A DNA stretch of 63,773 nt, counting the filler, from Folioceros fuciformis (taxonomy: Eukaryota): assembly GCA_049999805.1 (NCBI GenBank). It is 13 parts of 13 records of this genome, joined end to end, with 100 filler letters (N's around TTAATTAATTAA, not from the genome) between each part and the next. Parts side by side here need not be neighbours in the genome. Positions count along the whole stretch, not along the records: positions 6,657 to 17,458 come from JBNGIO010002998.1; positions 17,559 to 26,092 come from JBNGIO010002999.1; 11 more parts are not named here. The stretch is one strand, 5' to 3'. A program made the translations under genes and the position numbers. The stretch's first letter is position 1. The number at the start of each line of letters is the position of its first letter. The notes under the pieces were generated by a model. That model was not told the origin of the DNA. It saw only the letters and a list, made by a program, of their open reading frames with translations, and did not search any database. Below, in pieces: positions 12,053 to 26,092 of the stretch.

Positions 12053-14779
12053 TTAGCTCAAAATATTAAGGTCATTACAACTCCATGTTTTTTAAGAGGT
12101 TTTGCCTGAGACACACATCTTATTTCCAAAGGCAGCAAGAAGCATACTTATTTCTTCATAAGATAGTTCTAAATTTAATTTTTATTTTTTATCTTTATTT
12201 TTTACTTTAAATTTTTACTTTATTTTACTTATACCATTACTAACTGTGTATATGTTGGGTGGTTTGGCATGGTGTAGGAAGGGAAGGGCGGGTATGCGGG
12301 ATGGTTGGTTTTTATATCTTAGTGGGTGTTTAAAGGAGTGTGTAGATATCTACAGTGGTTTTGGACGTGGCGTCGGGGGTTGGATGTGTTGTGCAAGTCT
12401 TGATTTGGAGAGGAAAGGATGTGTGCATGTCTTTATTGTGGTTGGCTAACCGGGCGTGGCGCTATGTAGGCCTCAATCGGGAGGCAGCTTGGGGTCAGGT
12501 CAAGATGATATTATTCCAGGAGGCAGTGGTGGCGTCTCCTCCTCTTTCACCATATAGGATTCCGGATTCAGAAGAGAAGACAAGAAGAAGAACCCATTCC
12601 TGCTTCCCCGTTATTGTCCTTGCTCCTCCTCCACACCTTTTCTGCATCGATTACCTCCTCCTCATGCCCCCTGCTGCTTAATGAGCAGCTGACCGTAGAA
12701 TCCCTCTACCATCCAGCCCAGCATGACCTGGCCCCTTGTCATTTGCTACTATCTTATGACCTTCCAGCAGATCCTCCGTCCCAGTATATGACCCCCATCC
12801 CAGTTTCCATGGTGCTGGCAGGAGCGGCGGCATTCACTAAAAGTGCCAGAGTCCTTTCTGGAGCCCAATCTTAACCCCACCGCCTCGGGCTCCCCTCAGG
12901 CCGTCACCCCGGAGCCGAGCCCACGACCTATGCCAACCGATGCCACATGTGCAACTTACTCTACCTCTAGTCCGACGTCCAAGACGTCCCTGGCCTAGCT
13001 TGAAGTTGGGTCAGTTGGGCCAGATGGTGAGATCACTTTCCCTTTGACTTCCAATGTCTGAGCCTCTTCCCCATATTCGCCGCTCCCATCATTACATTCC
13101 TCGCATCCACAGCATTCCCGACATTCCCCATATTCCGTGCCAAGTTCCACTTCCACATAGACTCAGTTGTTGCATTCCGCCCTCTTCGCCCAATCCAACA
13201 CCAGCAGCGTCACCCAGTTATCCCAAATCCCAAAATAATGGAGTGGAGCTTGATGTTGGCGATGGCAAGCATCCCGTTCCCTGCCCTAGCCAGCTGTGAG
13301 TGTGCCTGTCCAGGCCTTTCCATTCCCCAAGGAGGAAAGTATTCACCAGCCTAAGCCCTCAGCACGTTCAGTTTGAAGTGATGAGAGGACGGTCTATTCG
13401 GTTTGTCCAGGACTTTCGGTTCATGTGGTGTTGCCCAGCAGCCCAGTCCCAACCACCATGGCGATTCCCTCTCCTCTTGCATGCTTTGCCCTCCACCACT
13501 CATCTCTTCTCTTCTCCATACCATTCTTCTTGCATGCGTTCTTCTCCACCACGCATCCTTTTCCTTCTCTATACCATGATCGCACGGCCACTTTGGCGCC
13601 AACATCCAGCTCCATTTATAAGCTGGACGGGAGTGGCTTCTCTCACTTGCCATGATTCTGTGATCCGGGAGCGGATTTAGGGTGCCGCCCAGCGGGACCT
13701 CGTCGTAAGTGTTGATACAGTCCCCCCAGTCACATTTCAGTCCTGCGTTTTCTGACAATTGTTAACGTTGCTTCGTGCGTATGTACCTCATTCCTCCATT
13801 CAAATTTTAAATAGTCCCGTGAGTTCTCATGCGTGATGTACCAGCACGTGTCCATGTCCGTGTCCATATAACTCCATCTTCCCCGAGTCCTTATGTTCCG
13901 CTCCGTCATTGATGTCTTGTGTCTTCTGACAGTCTTACATGTAACCTGACTGCTACTGGCCATGTCTTAGCGGCAGAGGGCGCAAGCTGAATTCGTCAGG
14001 ACCGCCTTGCTCTACAGCTCCATCCTCGAGGTGAAGGAGCTTGTTCAGGAGGTTATGCACCCTATGTCGCCAGGTTAACTCGGCCACGCGCACACAGGGG
14101 GAATAGACCCCGCTTTGCAAAACACACACAACACTCATATGCTCAAGGCATCTAACGATTACGAACTCCTTGCGGCCGTAGCTATCTGCGAGCAGTATCT
14201 GCTGCGGATTTTGGGACCGGAAACCGTCCTCAGGATCCAGGAGGCTGCCAAAAACGCCAAGTGCCTTGTTCTCGAAGATGGCCGTTGTGGATCCTCTGGC
14301 CTGGCCGACTTCAACAAGACCTGGAGCTCCGAAACGTTTACCCGATGAGGTTCCTGGAAATTTACCACGCTCCCGGCGTTGTCCCTGCGGCTCCTCCTGC
14401 AGGGGTAGCCGGTCCCCCGGCTCATGGCCCATGCTCCCGTTCCAGGTACGTCCCACGGTCGTTTTTCAGCTCAGTATGAGCAGGGGTTTGCGCGGGAAAA
14501 TTCCATACATGTGCAAACTGACTGTGCTTTTGGCTTTCGACTCTCTTCAGGCATGGACAGAGGCATCCCATAGAGAAACTTTCAGCAACCGGTAACATCA
14601 GAGCTCTGGGCTGCAGCTCTCTCCACCGCCAGCAGGTACATAGATCTCTAGCCAGACCGAGGTCTTCACTCGAGACTGCTAGGCTATTTCCTGCAGCACC
14701 TGTGATGAGTTGCCATTCAATGAATCGTTCACGTGGAACTGGTAACTGGAACCCCAGGAAACGCTTCCACGTCCACTCC

Positions 14780-17050
14780 ATGGCCAGGCGAACAGGGTTA
14801 AATTGGAGATTGCCTTCTCGCAGGTTGCACTCAGGTTTGGCACATGGTATGGGTGGGTTTCGATTTCTCCTTGTGCAACATTTGTTTTTTTGCGTACAAT
14901 GGTATATTGCAACATTTTCCACTGCAGGCGTCGGGATAGACTCCAGGGGGAACAAGGGAGAAGTCACTCTTAAAATTGACAAGGTTCTGGAGCTTTTTCG
15001 ATCCCAGCCGGTTGTGCCTAGGTCAGGCACTTTGGGGAACCGGTCCTCTTATTTGGCACGTTTGACGGATGAGTTCCGAATTCTTATTGTGCGAGATTTT
15101 TCACTGCAGTTATGCGGATTCAGACTCAAAGGGTGAAGGCACTCCTCAAATCAACAAGGTTCTGGAGCTTCCAGGATCTCAGCCAGTTGTGCCTAGGTCT
15201 GGCACTTGGAGGGACGGGTCCTCCTCTGCTTTGGCACGTTTGGTGGATGGGTTCCGAATTCTCATTGTGAGATATTCTCCACTGTAGAGATGCGGACCAG
15301 ACTCCAGAGGTAATGGGGGAGAAGGCGCTCTTGAAATCAACAAGGTTCTGGACCTTCTTCGATCTCAGCCAGATGTGCCTAAGTTTGGCACTTCGGGGGA
15401 CTGATCCTCTTCTGCTTTAGCACATTCGGTAGATGGTTCCGGATCTTATTGTGCGTTCTTCTCCACTGTAAGCAAGGATGCGGACCAGACTCCAGGGGTG
15501 AAGGGAGATAAGGAACTATTGAAATTGACGAGGTTCTGGAGCTTGCTCGATCTCAGCAGTTGTGCGTAGGTCTGTCAGTTCGGGGCCAGTTCCTCGCCTT
15601 AGAGAGAACCAGGCGTTTGAAAGGTCGCAGCACATAGGAGCTGTCTTCAATCTGGTGTTGATGCTGGAAGGGGCAAAAACAATAGATGCCATCCAGAAAA
15701 ATTCTCAATGACAAGGCCTCAAGTTGCTCGGCCAGTGGGACGGGCCATGGTTTTCTCTGTTCGATGCTTTGCAGAAGGATTCTAAACCACGTTTGATGAT
15801 GGAGATACTTCGAAAGCTGTGCGTTGTATTCAATGATAGGGGGTGTATCTGCAATTAGGAGCATCTGTCTCACCCTGTCAATCCTCTGCGCTAGTATTCA
15901 ACTGGAGGAGGAGTCAACTGGATAGGAAACCTGATGCCAAGGAGTATTCGAAGATGATTTCCTGTGCTGGAAAATTGAACCAGCTGGACATTGGTTAAGG
16001 CTGTTGCTTTGTTTAAGGAGACGATGGGAACAGAGAAATCTAATCCAACTCTCATCACAGACAACACCCTCCTGATCGACATGTACAGCAGAGACACAAT
16101 TGTAGATGAAGTGGATAAAGTATTTCAGGCATGTAATGCTGCAGGCTTCAGTCCAGACAGACATGCCTACAATGCCTTCACATGGGGTTTCATGAGGGTT
16201 GGGCAGGATGCCAAAATGGAAGCTGTGTACCAAGAATTGGTCGACGGTGAATTCAGACCTGATGTCATCGCGTTCAATGCCCTCTTCTTAGCTTATTGCA
16301 GGATGGAGGCTTAGGACACGCTGAAGGGGCCATTCAAGTCGATGCAGGAGGTGGTAATTCTCATAAATGCTATGGTCGGAGAGCTGTTGGTAGAGGCGTG
16401 CGACAAGAAAGGGTACTACACATAGATGGAAGGAATAACTAGGATTGTGGATGACACGCCAAAAGTGGAGCACGGAGCCCGAGAGTGTGTACAGATAGAG
16501 GCTTATGCTGCAGCGGTGGGGAGGGGGTGTTGGATGACATGGAACGATCACCTGAGAAAGTCCTTTTAGCAAGAAATCTCTTCGCCATGTCCAAAGCTCT
16601 GGTCGCCGTTAGCACAGCGTTCTCGAATAATCGTTCCTATAACAGACGGCGAAAGGCAGTAGGCAGTAGACAGAGTGAAGGTAAGTGGGTGGGTCATGTC
16701 CAGCAATCTTCAATACACTAATATTTTCCACCTCAATGCAGATCTGATTAGCAGACGGGCCACCACTACCAGGTGGCCGAGCAGGCCACCCTACCTGGCC
16801 TGCTCGGCAACATGGAGGATGCCTTCGAGCAGATGAAAGCCTCAGGTGCTTAGCTCCACCCTAAAACCTTCCAGATTATGTATGACGCCTTCGAGAGAGT
16901 GAAGGATGGACGTGGAATGTGAAGTACTCGGGAAAGGACGACAGAAGTAGGATTCGATCCGCCCTCAGACTTAGACTTGCAAGTGGCCCGTGTCTACAGC
17001 GATGAGGATATATTTGGAGGTTGGCAGAGGCGTATGAGGACCACCCGATG
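14780..17050 (+). pseudogene. Decayed P-class PPR gene with organellar transit-peptide-like start
   Basis: MARRTGLNWRLPSRRLHS start; WFSLFDALQKDSKPRLMMEI; PPR motifs PTLITDNTLLIDMY, GFSPDRHAYNAF, FRPDVIAFNALFLAY, AFEQMKASG; many stops and frameshifts. Confidence 0.7.
14915..15585 (+). repeat. About 3.5 tandem copies of a 175-188 bp unit
   Basis: Marker aggttctgga...cagcc.gttgtgcctaggt recurs at about 14981, 15156, 15342 and 15530. Confidence 0.85.
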
Positions 17051-17558
17051 ATGGATGCACCAAATTAAGATCCCACATTTTGCTGGACTGTAATCGAACT
17101 ATTGTAGTCGACCTAAGCATTTTTTAACGTCAGAAAAGAAGACGGATGGCTTAATTGACTATGTTATCAAAGGTGCGAGAAGCGCGTGGCGCGGAGTTGC
17201 CTCACACCCTCGGGGGAGTTGCCAGGTAATGCGAGAAGTCCCAGCCTTCACGACACAGCACAAACTGGCGTGAGCGTGTCTCCCTGTCGCTTTTAAACCA
17301 AGCACGCCTCGAAGTCGACATGTCACTCATACTGCTTGAACCAATCTCGACTCCCTCTCCCCCGCTTCCTTCCCGTCCGACCTGAGCGCGGGAGCTATCC
17401 AGCATCCCAAGCTTGTTGTGCCGCTGCGGCTGCAAACCCGCAATCAGGAATCATGAGCNNNNNNNNNNNNNNNNNNNNNNNNNNNNNNNNNNNNNNNNNN
17501 NNTTAATTAATTAANNNNNNNNNNNNNNNNNNNNNNNNNNNNNNNNNNNNNNNNNNNN

Positions 17559-20500
17559 ACCACTTATCATCTGTCACTGCCTCAGCAAACTTGGTTGGCT
17601 CCTTACAAGCTGTGACCCTTGTCATATACGCATAATGTTGCGCATTGTAGCTTGTATAGGTGTATCTGTAAAATGGGTTTCCTAACCCTCTCAGATCTCC
17701 TTGGTCTTGGTTCATTTTGAACCTACCTTGTATATTGTTGCTCCTTAGCACCTGGCGTTTCCACAGACGGAATGCCAAACTCACTGTCAATGCTCTCACT
17801 ACTTGAGGATTCATATCCCTCATTTCCAGTTTTGCTGCTTTCTACTCTCCCCCTCACTGACATATCCAGGTCAGAGGTCTTTGGTTTACCATTCCGCAGT
17901 CTTCCAGACCATGGATTCACCGTTGGTGATCCACCATTGGTCACATCCTCACTCTTTGCTGGAGTACTCTTAACAGTACTCTCCCTTGTGGGTTCGTCAT
18001 AGGGTAGTGCAACTGAGTTGCTATACCAGGAGGCTAACTCATCAAATACCACATCCCTGCTTATCAGGATCTCATGTGTGGATGGCACATAACACTTATA
18101 TGCCTTCCTATTTCGTGCATACCCCAGAAAAACACTCGTCACTGCTTTAGGATCCAACTTGCTATGCTTCTCATCAGGTACATGCACATATGCAATGCAC
18201 CCAAACACTTTCAAGTGCCTAATATCCGGCTTATAGCCATACAGTCTCTCAATTGGTGTAGCATCATGAATTCCTGCCGTAGGAGTTCGATTCAGTACAT
18301 ACACTACTGTCATCACTGCTTCTGCCCAATAATCATTAGGTCAGCACTTCTCATTCAGCATTGCCCTTGCTGTTTCCATGACTACCTTGTTCTTCCTCTC
18401 TGCAACACCATTCTGCTGTGGTGTGTATCTGCAAGTCAGCTGTCTTCGTATACCATGATCTGCAAGATACCTGTCAAACTCATTTGAGACATATTCTCCC
18501 CCTCCATCTAATCTTAGACAAGAGATGGAGCAGCTGAATTCATTTTCAGCATGCTTTTTGAAGTCCTTGAAAGACTCGAACACTTCATCCGTATGCTTCA
18601 GTATGTACAGCCACGTGTACTTGCTGAAATCATCAATGAAGGAGACATAGTAGTGGGCTCCTCCAAACAATGCATTCTGTGAAGGACCCCATACATCAGA
18701 GTGTATCAATTGCAAAGGTCTTGAGCTGTTCTGCACGTGTCGCACAAATGGAAACCTTGATTGTTTTCCAAATTGACATGCAGAACACACATGACCAAGA
18801 TCAGCATACTTGAACTTGGGCAATCCTTCCACCACGCTTTTCTGTTGCATAGATTTCAGCTTCTCTATGTTCACATGCCCAATCCTCTTATGCCATATTT
18901 CAACATCACGTATGGCACCTGCATCATTTGCAAACATTGCTGCATTTAGCTCTGAAATGGATGCATCCAGAGTGAACATCCGTCCATTCCTACTACCTTT
19001 AGCAATCAGTTTGCGCCCTTTGTCATATTCTTCAATAAAGCATCCATCTTTATTAAATCGAACTTGTAGATTTTGTTGAGCCATCTGCCCAACAGACAAC
19101 AGGTTCTTCGTAATGGTTGGAACATGCAACACATCTTGCAGACTCTTCTGCTGACCATTTGGCATCCTAAGAGGGACAATTCCTCTGTGCTTTATGTCAT
19201 GTTGTGTGTCATCTTCTGTACACACATGACCATGGGGACCTGCATCCATCTTGTTAAACCACTCGCCATGCGGAGTCATATGGTTTGATGCTCCTGAATT
19301 AATGTACCATCTCTCATCATTCTGCCCATCCTGTTCAGAGAGATGTTGCATGGCAAACAACCTATCCTAGTCATCTCCAACATTACTAGAGGAGGCATAG
19401 TTCCCATGCTGCCTTCCTTTTCCTCTCATGTCTGCTTGCTGCTTATAGCAGTCCTTAGCAATATGACCAACCTTAGCACAATAGTAACACTCCTTGTCTC
19501 TATTGGAATGGTCATGAGATTGAAAAGAACCATCTCTTCCTCTTGTGGCTCTACCTGCGCCTCTAAAACTTCCAGATTCTCTCTGGCCTTGCGCATTTCC
19601 TCCACGCCAATTGTCTTGCTGATTTTGCATGTTCCGAGCATCACCCCGTCCTCGGAATGAACCACGACCTCTGTGGCCTCTCCCACGCTGGTTAGAAAAC
19701 AAAACAGTGTCTCTCCCTTCAAATATACCTGAACCTTTGTTCAGACCAAGCTTAACTTCCTCATGCAGCAACAAAGCAACCAATTCATCCCAACTTGGGA
19801 ACTCAACTCTCACAGATATTGATATGTCAAAGGACTTGTACTCCTTGCCAAGTCCGTTCAGAGTAATTGCAACCATGTCATCTTTCGTCACACTTGCACC
19901 GATTGTAGTAAGCTGATCAGCTATGGTCTTCACCTCTGTTGTATACACGAGTATGGATCTGCTACCTCGTGACAAGTTGTTGAACTGTTGCTTCAATTGG
20001 ATTTTCCTAGCATGTGTGACATTTCCATAGTTCCTCATGAGTATGTCCCATGCATCCTTCGGAGACTCACATCCCGTGATCTGTATGACCATAGCATCTG
20101 AAATGCTTAAGGAGAGCTAGTGTAACACTTTACATGCTCTCTCAGTCCAATGCTTGTGAGCAGTCTTTTGCTCTTGTGATGGAGTACGATCCATCTCTGG
20201 TTCACTCTCATCACCTGTGCAGAGGTCCCAATAGCCTCTACCTACCAAGAAGTTCTTCATCCTGAACTTCCACAAAGCAAAATTCTTGTTATCCAACTTC
20301 TCTCCCACGACCTGAGAGATATTGTCTGATCCCTGCACATTAGCCATGATTCAAGCTCCTTTACGCACCAACACTTGTCCAACAACTCCCTGCACTACTG
20401 TAGAGCTCCATCACTCCACAAGCCTCAATCAAATCTCAACAATTCCTGAATGTGTAGTTGACTCTTCGCTAAGCAAAAACAGCCTTTGCTCAAGCTTTCA

Positions 20501-21038
20501 AAAAACAAAAAAAACAAAACACTGTTTGCCAAGTTCAGGCCTTCTTCCTCGCAAATCCTGGGCCTGCTGTGGCTTCCACGGCCTGGTTGCCTCCAATAGT
20601 TGTTGTTCCTCCTGAGTCTCTCTCCCTCTCGCGCCTCTCGTGCGCTCTTGCGCCTATAGCTCCAGTTGCGGCTTCCTACGCCACCTACGCCGCTGCGCCT
20701 CTCAATGGCTTGCGTTGCCAGCCACCTTCACGCTCACGGCCATAGCCTCAAACCCCCGCCATAGCCACCGGTGGCACCGGCACTCTCTCTGGCTCTGATA
20801 CCATGTTGAAATAGCACCACAGGCATAGAAGGACTCCACGGTTCCTTCCTTATGGTGCACAGGATGCTACATATATAGCCTTTAGGCGGGGCAACCCTCG
20901 ATAAGGTAAGCCTTAGTCTCGAGGGTGCAATATCCTAGTATATCCTGATATATCCTGATAACACTTAGGTGATAGATAACTACGAGTTCAATATGGGATA
21001 ATCTACACTATCCTAAGTGTTGTATGCTCTTAATAACA
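17559..21038 (-). mobile_element. Ty1/copia family D: 5' LTR, PBS, gag, PR, INT, start of RT
   Basis: LTR 20804-21038 (TGTT..AACA); PBS TGGTATCAGAGCC 20791-20803; gag EKLDNKNFALWK, CYYCAKVGHIAKDC, WYINSGASNH, HSDVWGP, QQNGVAERKN. Confidence 0.94.
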
Positions 21039-24000
21039 ATTCAGTTAGAGCTTGATTTCTAATAGTGGACAGTCCTTCCAGCCCAACTCAAACTCCTCTT
21101 CATCAACCAACCCTGGTAACTGCAATTACTGCAACAAACCAGGACATTGGGCTAAAGATTGTAGGAAGAGGATCAAAGACGAAGCAGCTAAAGGTAAGCA
21201 CACATCATAATAAATATAGCCAGAGCAAGCACTCCTAGTCTACTGGTGGCGTGCCTTACCTCATCAAAGAAAGGATGTCGGAAGTGGTTCCTTGATAGTG
21301 GTGTCTCAAACCACATGTGCTCAAAGAGAAAGTCATTTCTTACTTATGAGTCTTCCCTCGTTTGCCAGCAAACTGCAGTAGTATTGGGAGATGATTCTAT
21401 AATACCCATCAGGGGTTCTAGAACTATATAGAGTACCTTGAAGGATGGCAGTTTCCTATTCTTAGAAAATGTTCTACGTGTTCCAGCAATTGCTAAGAAT
21501 TTGGTTAGTACAATGGCACTTGGAAAGACGAATCAATACAAGATAACTTTCGAAAGCACAAAATGTTACATTTTGAGGCTGTCAGCTCCAACTGTTCCCA
21601 TTGCACGAGGAAAGCCACTCTTTGGTCTCTATCTTATGGATTTTATATCAGATGTACCTCCAGTGTCTGCAACTGCATCAAGTGCATCAACTCCAGACAA
21701 GTTAGCTACGAGTGCCTTTAAGTGGCACTGTAGGTTGGGGCATCCAAATATCCAAGCTATGCGAAGACTGCTGAAAGAGAAAATGGTAACCGGATTTAGT
21801 GAAGCTAAGTTACGTGACCTTGATCTGTGCGTTGCTTGTGTATGTGGTAAACAATCCAAATCACATTTTGGAAGTGGAAAACCTTGCAAGGCAACTCAGC
21901 TGTTAGATTTGGTCCACACAGATATTTGCGGACCAATGTCAGTTAACTCATGAGGAGGAGCAAGGTATTTTGTAGTGTTTGAAGATGACGGGTCTCACTT
22001 TACTATCACTGAAATTCTTCATCAAAAGAGTCAGGTCTTCGATAGCTTCAAAAGATACCTAGCATATGCAGAGAGGCAGACTAGACTGAAGCTAAAATGT
22101 ATACGTTCTGATAATGCAACGGAGTACTTATCTAAGGCCTTCCAGGAATTTTGTCAGGAGAGGGGGATCACTCGTCAACTCACCATACCATATCATTCAG
22201 ACATGAATGGACGTGTAGAAAGGAGACACAGGACTGCTCAAGATTCTGCTAGGGCACTTCTCTTTCAAGGGAGGTTACCAATCCGCTTCTGGGCAGAAGC
22301 TGTACAAGCAGCAACGTACCTACAGAATAGGATAGCTGTCTCCTCTCTTCAAGGTTGTACTCCATTTGAAGCCTGGACTGGCAGTAAGCCTGATCTGTCG
22401 CACCTTCGTGTCTTTGGTAGTACAGCCTATGCACATATCCCAGACAAGCTAAGTCAGAAGTTTTCCTTTAAGTCCAAGAGACATATCTTCATAGGGTACA
22501 CTCCTCGAATACATGGTTATAAGTTGTTTGAACCCTATAAACATTGAGTCATTCATGCTCGTACTGTAGCCTTTGATGAACGCCCTTTCCTTGAGCCCCA
22601 TACACATACCTTTGCTGATTCTGTAGACCTTGAGCCTGTAGAACCCGCTCAACCTACTGACATGGGTGTCAATGGTCTCATTGAAGGTGTGAATGACTTG
22701 GATGTTGTGCAGTTTCCTGATTACGACTTGTCCTCCTTCTTCCTGATTTACTTGAAGGCTCTCATCCATAGCAGCAACTGTTACCTACAAAACAAGAATC
22801 AATCAGAACCAAATACAGAACTTTCACTGCCTAACCATCCAGCCGGTGCCAATGATGATCAGCCTGCTATTTCAGTACCTGTTGTTCCTATTGTTCCTGA
22901 CCTTTCAATGCAGGCTGATCCTCCAGTTGAGATGTTCGTAGATGATCCAGTCGAATATGTGATGCCAGTTCCTTCGACTGAATCTTCTTGACGATCTTTA
23001 CGAGTTCGTTGACCTCCTTATCAGTGGCGGGAGCCCCCCTATCGAATTGTTGATTTTCGTCAGGATCCAAGCTCTCGAGGTTCTGATGCTGCTAGAGTTG
23101 CTGTGGACAGAGCTCGTGTGATTACCAATCTAGGATATGAGCCTTCCACCTATCATGAAGGAGTCACTGGATCAAAAGCTAAACACTGGAAAGAAGTTAT
23201 CCAATCCGAGTATGACTCGCAGGTGCAAAACCATACTTGGGAACTTTGCTCCCTACCTGAGGGGAGGAAGATTGTCACATCCAAGTGGGTGATTGTCGCC
23301 TTGTTGCTCGCGGTTTTCCCCAAGTCCTAGGCTTGGACTATCACGATACTTTTTCCCCAGTTGTCAAGTCTTAGTCTCTTTGAGTGTTGTTCTCCATGTT
23401 TGCTTTCTATGGGCTGCACATCCATCAGATGGATGTCAAGACCGCCTTCCTGCATGGTAAGTTAGAAGAGGAAATATTCATATAGCAGCCAGAGGGATTT
23501 GAAGTTGCAGGAAAAGAAAGCTGGGTTTGTAAGTTACTCAAGACCATTTATGGTCTAAAGCAGAATCCACGTGCTTGGTATGAGTGTATCGATGAGTTTC
23601 TCCTTGGACTTGGCTTTCTTAAGAGCACTGCAGATACTAATGTGTACTTCCTACAACAGCAAACGTGCTATGTTATTCTGGCTCTGTATGTGGACGATTG
23701 TATTCTACTTGGAACCAATCTAGAGGGAATCACCAAAGTTAAGGCCTTGTTGTCAAGTCGGTTTGATATGGTCAACGTTGGGGAGTTGTCTTATTGTCTT
23801 GGCACTCAACTCCAGCGTGACCCTGCAAACGGGACATTGATCATACATCAAGAGAAGTATATCTATGACATGCTATTCAAGTACAAGTTGTTAGATGCCA
23901 AGCCTGCACTTACCCCCTTGGAGACAGGGTGTAAACTTACTAGTTCTCAGTCCCCTAAAGGAGATGCTGAGAAAGCTAAGATGGAGCTGGTCCCTTATCC

Positions 24001-24560
24001 TCAAGCTGTCGGCTCTCTTATCTTCTGCTCTAACAATAGTAGGCGTGATGTAGCTCTCCCGGTTTGTATGGTTTCTCAGCATTTGAAACGACCTGGAAGA
24101 GCACATTGGACAGTAGTGAAAAGGATACTTCGATATCTGAAGGGAACTAGTGGACATGGAATACATTACACAAAATGAGGCCATGATGAGGAAGAGCTTA
24201 CCCTTGTTGGATACTGTGATGCAGGCTGGGCAGCAAACCCAGACACTAGGAGGTCTGTCTCTGCTTATGCCTTTTTGCTTGCAGGTGGAGCTGTGACTTG
24301 GTCTTCCAAAAAGCAATCAATAGTGTCACTGTCTTCCACTGAGGCGGAGTACTCAGCCCTAACTCAAGCAGCAACAGAGGCTGTGTGGCTGCGAAGTCTA
24401 CTCACAGATTTAGGTCAGCCACAAAACAATCCAAGTATGATATATTGTGACAATCAGTCAGCCTTAGCCCTAGCACAAAATCTAGTATTCCATGCAAGAA
24501 CCAAACATATTGAGGTACACCATCACTTTGTGAGACATGCAGTGGAAACTAAACAAATGT
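21039..24560 (+). mobile_element. Ty1/copia family E: gag C-terminus to RNase H, bounded by LTRs of D and F
   Basis: CNYCNKPGHWAKDC, WFLDSGVSNH, HTDICGP, RSDNATEY, LYVDDC, SSTEAEY, RTKHIEVHHHF. Confidence 0.93.
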
Positions 24561-24572
24561 AGAGGAAAAAAA

Positions 24573-26092
24573 TGTGAAAAAATTGTGCAAAAACGATTGT
24601 TGCCAAAGCTGAATGAACAAAAATAATCAATTATGAAATGTTTACAAAACATGTGTTTAAATACTCATGACCTGGAGTCATGTTGTTTCACTTTAACTAA
24701 ATATATTTAATCTAAATTAAATACATACAACCCTAAGTGTGACAGGGCTTGTTATCTTAACACTCCCTCTCAAGCTTCACGCTTAGGTAACAACTGGTCT
24801 AGAACAATCTCCACAGAAATGAAGCAAGGCAAATAGTCCACCAGCGGGCAATGATTCTCCACACATGAGGCGTCCCCCACTTTGTGGTAGAAAACACATG
24901 TGCTGGCGGTGTAGCAGCAGCAGTTTTGAAATTGAAGAAAGCTCATAAAGAAAAATGGAGATAAATAACCCACAACTAGTTGTCTGCTTGTGGCTTCATC
25001 TATTGAGTCGTTCACTCCCTCTGTAGGTCTAATCCTACACTATGTGTCATTCACAGAAGCTGAGTAATTACCCAACCCTAAGCTATCCATATGCTGATAG
25101 TGTTTTGGCTTAGAAAGTGCTTTGGTTAGAATGTCGGCCACATTGTCATCTGTTCCAACATAACTAACCTTCGTTACCCCTCTATCCACGGCATCCCTGA
25201 TGTAATGATGGGATATCTCTATATGCTTGGTGCGTGCATGGAATCGAGGGTTAGCAACCAGGGCAAGCGCTGACATGTTGTCACAAAGTATGGGGGTAGG
25301 GTCCTGTTGTATCTGCCTCAAGTCTTGAAAAAACCTCCTCTCCCATTCAGCCTCCTTGGTGGCTTCAATGAGAGATGTATACTCTGCCTCCGTTGAAGAC
25401 AAAGATATAGAGGGTTGCTTCTTGCAACTCCAATTAATGGCAGCTCTTGCAAGAAGAAAGCAATATGTGGAGTTGCTGCGACGGGAGTCAGCATCAAACG
25501 CCCAATCACTATTTGTAAAACCTTGTAGAATGAGTTTAGCCTTGCCACTACGCTTGTATATGAGCCCATGTGTCATTGTACCTTTTAAGTATCTGAAGAT
25601 ACGCTTGACGGCAACCCAATGAGCCCTAGGGACCAGGGTGTTCTAAGAACTGCGACATTGTACTAACTGCATACTGGATGTCAGGTCGGGTCCATTTCGC
25701 CACAAAAAAGAGACTTTCCGACTGCGTGTCTATATGGAACATCTTGCATATCCAACTGCTCTTCTGGGGTTTGCGCACATTGAAGACTAGTGAGCTTCAC
25801 ACCCATAGTAGCTGGGGTAGTGGCTGGTTGTGCCTCGTCCATATGAAACTTAGTCAAATTTCCTTGATGTACTTGTTTTGATGTATGGCCATCACCCCAT
25901 CAGCTCTCACCAACTGGATCCCTAAACAAAACTTCAAGCCACCAATATCCTTCATTTCAAATTTGTTAGATTAAAGCTGCTTGACATGTTCTAAAAGGGT
26001 CTTGTCATTTGTGGCTAATATCACGTCATCAACATATAAAGCCAAAATGACGTATGAGGAGCCTTGGGTAAGCATATATATATTGGAATCAG
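24573..26092 (-). mobile_element. Ty1/copia family F: RT/RNase H, PPT, 3' LTR
   Basis: LTR 24573-24762 preceded on the minus strand by PPT GAGAGGGAG; SSTEAEY, CDNMSAL, VADILTK; LTR resembles 37023-37208. Confidence 0.92.

Noticed and set aside
11785-12109. Ile-rich and Asn-rich ORFs
   Set aside because: Translations of the (AAT)n microsatellite.
19361-19372. In-frame TAG at the gag/protease boundary of copia D as programmed readthrough
   Set aside because: The context UAG-GAU-AGG lacks a CARYYA signal and another in-frame TAG lies within gag at 20117, so ordinary decay explains it.
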